Origin: Desulfatiglandales bacterium
Lineage (GTDB): Bacteria > Desulfobacterota > DSM-4660 > Desulfatiglandales > Desulfatiglandaceae
DNA length: 64,000 bases
Reading direction: 5' to 3'
Assembly (NCBI GenBank): GCA_963662465.1
Contig: OY759599.1
Span: forward strand, 6,016,001-6,080,000
The position numbers and the translations under genes are program-made. Under the pieces are notes generated by a model, which worked only from the letters and a program-made list of their open reading frames with translations, ran no database searches and was not told where the DNA came from. Positions 59,472 to 64,000 of this stretch are shown in pieces (within the stretch, counting starts at the first letter, position 1; each line of letters starts with the position of its first letter).

Positions 59472-61410
59472 GAGGTTTGCGCTGTACCGTTTTTGTGCCG
59501 TACCGGGGGTGTTCTGGGCCCCAAAAAAACGCGGGCGCGAGGTCTGAGAGGGCGACATGGCAGCAGAATATTATGGTTTCCAAAGACATACCCCAAAAAC
59601 CCGATAATTGGACATGCTAATCCCTTTAAATTTAAATTAAATCATTTATTTATAACTATTTTAAATAAATTGGATTAGGCGGCTCTGGCTATTGGCCGTA
59701 CAAGGGAGCGCATTTGCTCAATACGGCCAGCCCTTACATGACCAAGGGCCATTGCCATCATTACGGCGGTGGCCAAGCAAACTCTTGTTTGCATTTTGGC
59801 TTGGCCGCGTATGTAATGTTTCTCAAAACCAAAATCATTATCGATCCGACTGTTGATTCTCTCCAAAGAAGAACGCCGATTATACGCTCGGTCCCAACCC
59901 TGCGTACCATAGGGAATGGGTGTGAAGATTCGCCGATCTTCCTCAGTGATATTTATTCTGACAATTCGCCCATAATCTCCGGGATTAACTTGCCCCGCAG
60001 ATGAACACTCTCCACATCCTTCACAGGAAAAGCCGTTTGCAGCTGCGGGACAACGATATTTCAGGGTATTGCGATTTTTTTCAAAGCCACAAAAAGCCAT
60101 GTCCCGCTGTTCTCCAGTAGCCGGACAAATACAATGGACTGTCCCTTTCTCAGTATACACAATGGTATCTGCCCGGTCAGGATAAAGAGGTCGTGTGATC
60201 GGTTTTGCAGGATCGTATCCCGGCTCATTCTTTTCATCTCTCCACAGTTCACGGGTATCAATGCCGGGCCGAATCCCATATTCATCCAACAGCTGAGCCT
60301 TAGTTTTGCCGGAATCCAAACCACGGTCCGCCACAAAATCATCACAGCGCTCGCCAAGCTGCGGTGTTTCCTCAAAAATTTCTTTGATCATGCTTCGCAG
60401 TTCCTTGTGTTCCGAATGCGAGGCAGGTGTTACATGAACTGCCACCGGAATTTCATATAGGGTATCAGCGATCAAATGAAGGCCATATCCAAACCAGCTT
60501 TTTACTTTTGTCCACTGCTTTCCGGTTTTACTGTCTGTCCCTTTCGTTTCATGCTTGCCCCAATCTGCATCCGTATCGGAGGTTTCACCGGTTTTCCGGC
60601 TTTCTTGTCCCGTACTATAACTGTTGATAGCCTTGCCGTCATACCCTAAATGACAACCAAAATCAGGGAGTTCTGTCATTAAGGATTCTCGAAGCCCACG
60701 CACCATGCCGCTGACCATATTACCATATTCTTCCAGTTCTATGACGCTCCTTAAAAATCTTGAGAAATTCCAACTACCTGGAACCAAAAAATATGCATTT
60801 CCGCTCTCAGACCGTATGATTTCCATTCGGCCCGTTTCCTCATTGCGTCTCAGTTCAGCTACCGGTTTTTTTTGCCTCGGCAGAATATCAAATCCGCATG
60901 CCTCTAATAACGCCGGATTCCTGGACAATTCGCGAATCAAAGATTCAATGGATGCATGCTGGAACACGACTCCCGCAATAAGCGCGTTCCACATTGCGCG
61001 TATCGGAAAATCATCTCTCCCATTGCCGCGACGCTTTTCAAGTGCCGCTACAATATTCTCATCAGGCAGATTATCGCGCACCAGATAGAAACGGTCCAAA
61101 TCCGAGCGTGCTTCGACATCATTCCACGAAAAAAGAAACGGACTCACTGCTGCCAAGTTTCGGCCTCCATCAAATATTTAAAGAAACACTCTATCCTGTT
61201 ATCTGATGAAGGCATTGTACAATATTTTGTATTAAAATCAAGGTATTCCGACAAGTTCTTTCGCTTGGGGTGAAAAAATGGAAAATTCCGACTCGATCTA
61301 GCTAAGTGCTTGATTTCAGGATGCCCACCCATCTTTTTTTTGGGGTAATGTTTTTTTGACACTGCCAAATCCCTCCAGGATACCAGAGACTTAAGCACAG
61401 CGCAAACCCC
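59472..61410 (-). mobile_element. DDE insertion sequence (IS1182/IS5-like)
   Basis: TIRs GAGGTTTGCGCTGT / GGGGTTTGCGCTGT; 9-bp TSD TCAATAGGA (59463-59471, 61411-61419). Confidence 0.9.
59675..61156 (-). CDS. Transposase (DUF772-like N-terminus, DDE)
   Basis: RGNGRDDFP, YDGK, D.DADWG, WFGYGLHL, ADRGLDS, YNRRSSLERINSR. Confidence 0.88.
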   Translation of the reverse strand: MAAVSPFLFSWNDVEARSDLDRFYLVRDNLPDENIVAALEKRRGNGRDDFPIRAMWNALIAGVVFQHASIESLIRELSRNPALLEACGFDILPRQKKPVAELRRNEETGRMEIIRSESGNAYFLVPGSWNFSRFLRSVIELEEYGNMVSGMVRGLRESLMTELPDFGCHLGYDGKAINSYSTGQESRKTGETSDTDADWGKHETKGTDSKTGKQWTKVKSWFGYGLHLIADTLYEIPVAVHVTPASHSEHKELRSMIKEIFEETPQLGERCDDFVADRGLDSGKTKAQLLDEYGIRPGIDTRELWRDEKNEPGYDPAKPITRPLYPDRADTIVYTEKGTVHCICPATGEQRDMAFCGFEKNRNTLKYRCPAAANGFSCEGCGECSSAGQVNPGDYGRIVRINITEEDRRIFTPIPYGTQGWDRAYNRRSSLERINSRIDNDFGFEKHYIRGQAKMQTRVCLATAVMMAMALGHVRAGRIEQMRSLVRPIARAA

Positions 61411-61423
61411 TCAATAGGATATC

Positions 61424-63344
61424 CAGGGTGAATTTATTCTTCCGAATTATCCAAATAAAATATAAAAGTTGCGCTACATTATGGACAGAAACCCTCGGAT
61501 GGTGTATATACTGTGACAGGCACCAAACCAATTCGGGGTTTAAATTCTTGAACGTTAAGCAAGTCCGCATTCAAATAGTCCGCCCGCTTGAAGAACAACG
61601 CTTTCAGCATCTGATGCAGTCGCATCATTATTTGGGCGCTCTTCCCAAGATCAGCGAAACCCTCTGGTATACAGCTAGACTAAATAGTGAGTGGATTGCG
61701 CTTGTCAGTTTTTCTGCTCCCGCTTTGAAATGTACACCAAGGGACAGCTGGATCGGATGGAATTTTCGCCATCAATACGATCGACTGAAACTGGTAACCA
61801 ATAACAGTCGTTTTCTAATTTTGCCCGAATGGCATATTCCGAATCTCGCATCCCGTATCCTTTCATTATGTCGGAAGCGAATGCAGGCTGATTGGCAGGA
61901 GCGTTTCGGGCATCCGGTTGTACTCCTGGAAACCTTTGTGGACCCAAAGCAATTCCACGGAACCGTATATCGAGCGTCTAATTGGATATATGTTGGTAAA
62001 ACAAAGGGTTTTCATCGAACTCGCCAAGGCTACAGCGATAAAGCGGATTCACCGAAAATGGTTTTTCTTAAACCATTGGTTTCCAATGTTCAAGCACTGT
62101 TATCCCGACCTGTTCTCAAAAAACCATATCTTACAGGAGGTTACAAAATCATGCTCAGTGCGGAACATATGAAATCTCTACCCGACTTTTTTGCTCAAAT
62201 TCCCGACCCGCGTCGATCCCAGGGACGACGTCACAGGCTCTCCACTGTTCTGGCCATTGCCACCGCCGCAACACTGTGCGGAATGCGCGGTTATCTGGCG
62301 ATATCCGATTGGGTAAATGGTCTTGGACAAAAAGCCCTTGAGCGTTTCCGTTGCCGATATGAAAATAAGCGCTATGTAGCTCCCAGTCAGTCTACTATCC
62401 GTGATGTTCTGGTTCGCGTTGACCCCACAGAACTCGACAAAGCTCTCCAGCGTTGGAATCTGCTTTACGGTGAACAGGACGAAAGCTTGGCCATCGATGG
62501 AAAAACCATGTGTAATGCCATCGATGAACAAGGTTATCAGACTCACATCATGAGTGCTGTCGGCCATCAAACTAAGACCTGTTACACCCAAAAAAAGTCG
62601 GTTCTCTCCCTGTAGAAGGCAAAGACGAACTCAAGCGAACCAATGAAATCAAAACGGCTGCCCCTTTACTGGACGCGATCGATATCGAAGGCAAAGTCAT
62701 TTCAGCTGACGCACTGCTAACCCAAAGGACTTTTGCTAAATATTTGGTCGAGCAACGCAACGCCCATTACCATTTCATCGCCAAAAACAACCAGCCCACA
62801 TTACTTCAAGACATTTCCCTGTATTTTGAGGGCTGCAACGATCCTGATTTCATACAACACGATGCTCCCGATCATGGTCGCATCGAAGTGCGCAAAATAT
62901 GGACGACTACCGAACTTAACCTATACCTGGATTTCCCGTATGTCGGCCAGGCTTTTATGATCCAGAGAGAAGTTACAAACAAGAAAACCGGTAAATGCAC
63001 AGTTGAGGTTGCTTACGGCATAACGAGTCAATCACCTGATCAGGCGAATCCCGAACGTGTACTTTCTATCAATCGCGGTCACTGGAGCATTGAAAACGAG
63101 TGCCATTACATCATCGACTGGAACTACGACGAAGATCGAAGCCGAATAAGAACCGGCAATGGTCCTGAAAACATGACCAGGCTGCGTAGATTCGCGGTGG
63201 GCGTCATTAAGGCGAAAGGTGTTCGCAGTGTAGCCCAGAAAATGCGCCAGCTCACGCAGAACGTAAGGGGTGTCTTCGACTATCTCAAGATGACCAAAAA
63301 TTCAGTGCCCCAAGCGTGATACCTGTTAGAACAAATTTACCGTG
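61424..63344 (+). mobile_element. ISAs1-family element with DUF4338-like domain
   Basis: TIRs CAGGGTGAATTTATTCT / CACGGTAAATTTGTTCT; 10-bp TSD ATAGGATATC (61414-61423, 63345-63354). Confidence 0.92.
61548..63319 (+). CDS. DUF4338(DruA-like)-ISAs1 transposase fusion requiring a -1 frameshift near 62590-62597
   Basis: HHYLG, NNSRFLILP, LLETFVDP, Y.ASNW (DUF4338); IPDPR..GRRH, AIDGKT; -1 frame continues TNEI..LL..IDI.GKVISADALLTQ, HGRIEVR, HWSIEN, EDRSRIR. Confidence 0.85.
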
Positions 63345-63462
63345 ATAGGATATCCCTATCGTAGGAAATCTGCGCGACCGTGAATATTCAAATATCTCAA
63401 GTTTCCAGTTGGTAATCCGTTTCCTTTGGATTCTTTTCAATTTATCATTACTACCTGCAAGT

Positions 63463-64000
63463 TTATACGGGGTATTTTCCTTGTGTCAACCGCATCCCTA
63501 AATCCCTGAGCTGATTCGCCATCCTGTCTACAGCGGATTGATTTCCAATTCGGGTCAGATTCCCCAGGTCCGCAATGGCGTCCTTAAAAATATCATGCTT
63601 AAGCACAGCAAGGAATGCTTTATGTTCGGGATGGCCCGGAATGTGAACCGCTCTTTCTTTGAACTCGCTGTTTGAAAAGGTTCCCCAGTTGAGCAGTTGG
63701 CCGAAATAGACATGATCAAACCGGAACCGTCTGCCCAGGCGGACAAAGTCCGGCATTTCGCGGAAGTTGTTTTCCTGGACCACCATACTGATTTTAACCG
63801 ATTTCAGGGGGCTGTTCAAGCGCAGGCGCCTGATAAAGTCCAGGTTATCCAGCAACCGGTTAAAGTCGCCACCCCTGCGGTTGACGGCATAAACCGCCGG
63901 TGTGGCGGCGTCGATGGAGATTTCAGCGGCGGTGATGAGCGGTTGAATATCCTTCGGCAAGGTATCCCACATGCGCGGGGTCCACAGCTGACCGTTGGTG
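63463..64000 (-). CDS. Radical SAM protein, C-terminal part (5' end outside the window)
   Basis: TNGQLW...EISIDAAT...RRGGDFNRLLDNL...SMVVQENNFREM. Confidence 0.75.
   Translation of the reverse strand, partial: TNGQLWTPRMWDTLPKDIQPLITAAEISIDAATPAVYAVNRRGGDFNRLLDNLDFIRRLRLNSPLKSVKISMVVQENNFREMPDFVRLGRRFRFDHVYFGQLLNWGTFSNSEFKERAVHIPGHPEHKAFLAVLKHDIFKDAIADLGNLTRIGNQSAVDRMANQLRDLGMRLTQGKYPV

Noticed and set aside
61548..62150. Druantia defence system
   Set aside because: Only the DUF4338-like domain is present, inside IS ends; no DruE helicase or other dru genes

Overview
Chromosomal window from a sulfate-reducing deltaproteobacterium (Desulfobacterota-like, inferred from dsrT-dsrM, iorAB and gene style). 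Positions 1-45,260 are mostly core genes: dsrT/dsrM, MFS, DsbD-like, tRNA-Pro, fchA-folD, acyl-CoA ligase-iorAB, queA-tgt-yajC-secDF, argS-SPOR-GNAT-tatBC and grpE-dnaK. This part also holds a compact five-gene accessory chaperone operon: divergent Hsp70 with a Zn-ribbon insert, a Zn-ribbon/TM/2xLysM protein, a TPR protein, an HPD-less J-like protein and a GrpE-like protein. I rate it the best candidate for an undescribed system. Positions 45,270-63,350 are a mobile-element hotspot. It contains nested IS remnants, an IS21-like element with Zn-finger/HTH/ParB-like passenger genes whose istB is broken by a 104-bp ISAs1-type MITE, an IS4 inserted inside its own cognate MITE, three length-variant copies of a membrane-anchored heptad/hendecad coiled-coil gene, orphan antitoxin remnants, and two IS elements inserted a few bp apart in the vapB promoter/operator. 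All calls come from motif recognition by eye; no database searches were run.
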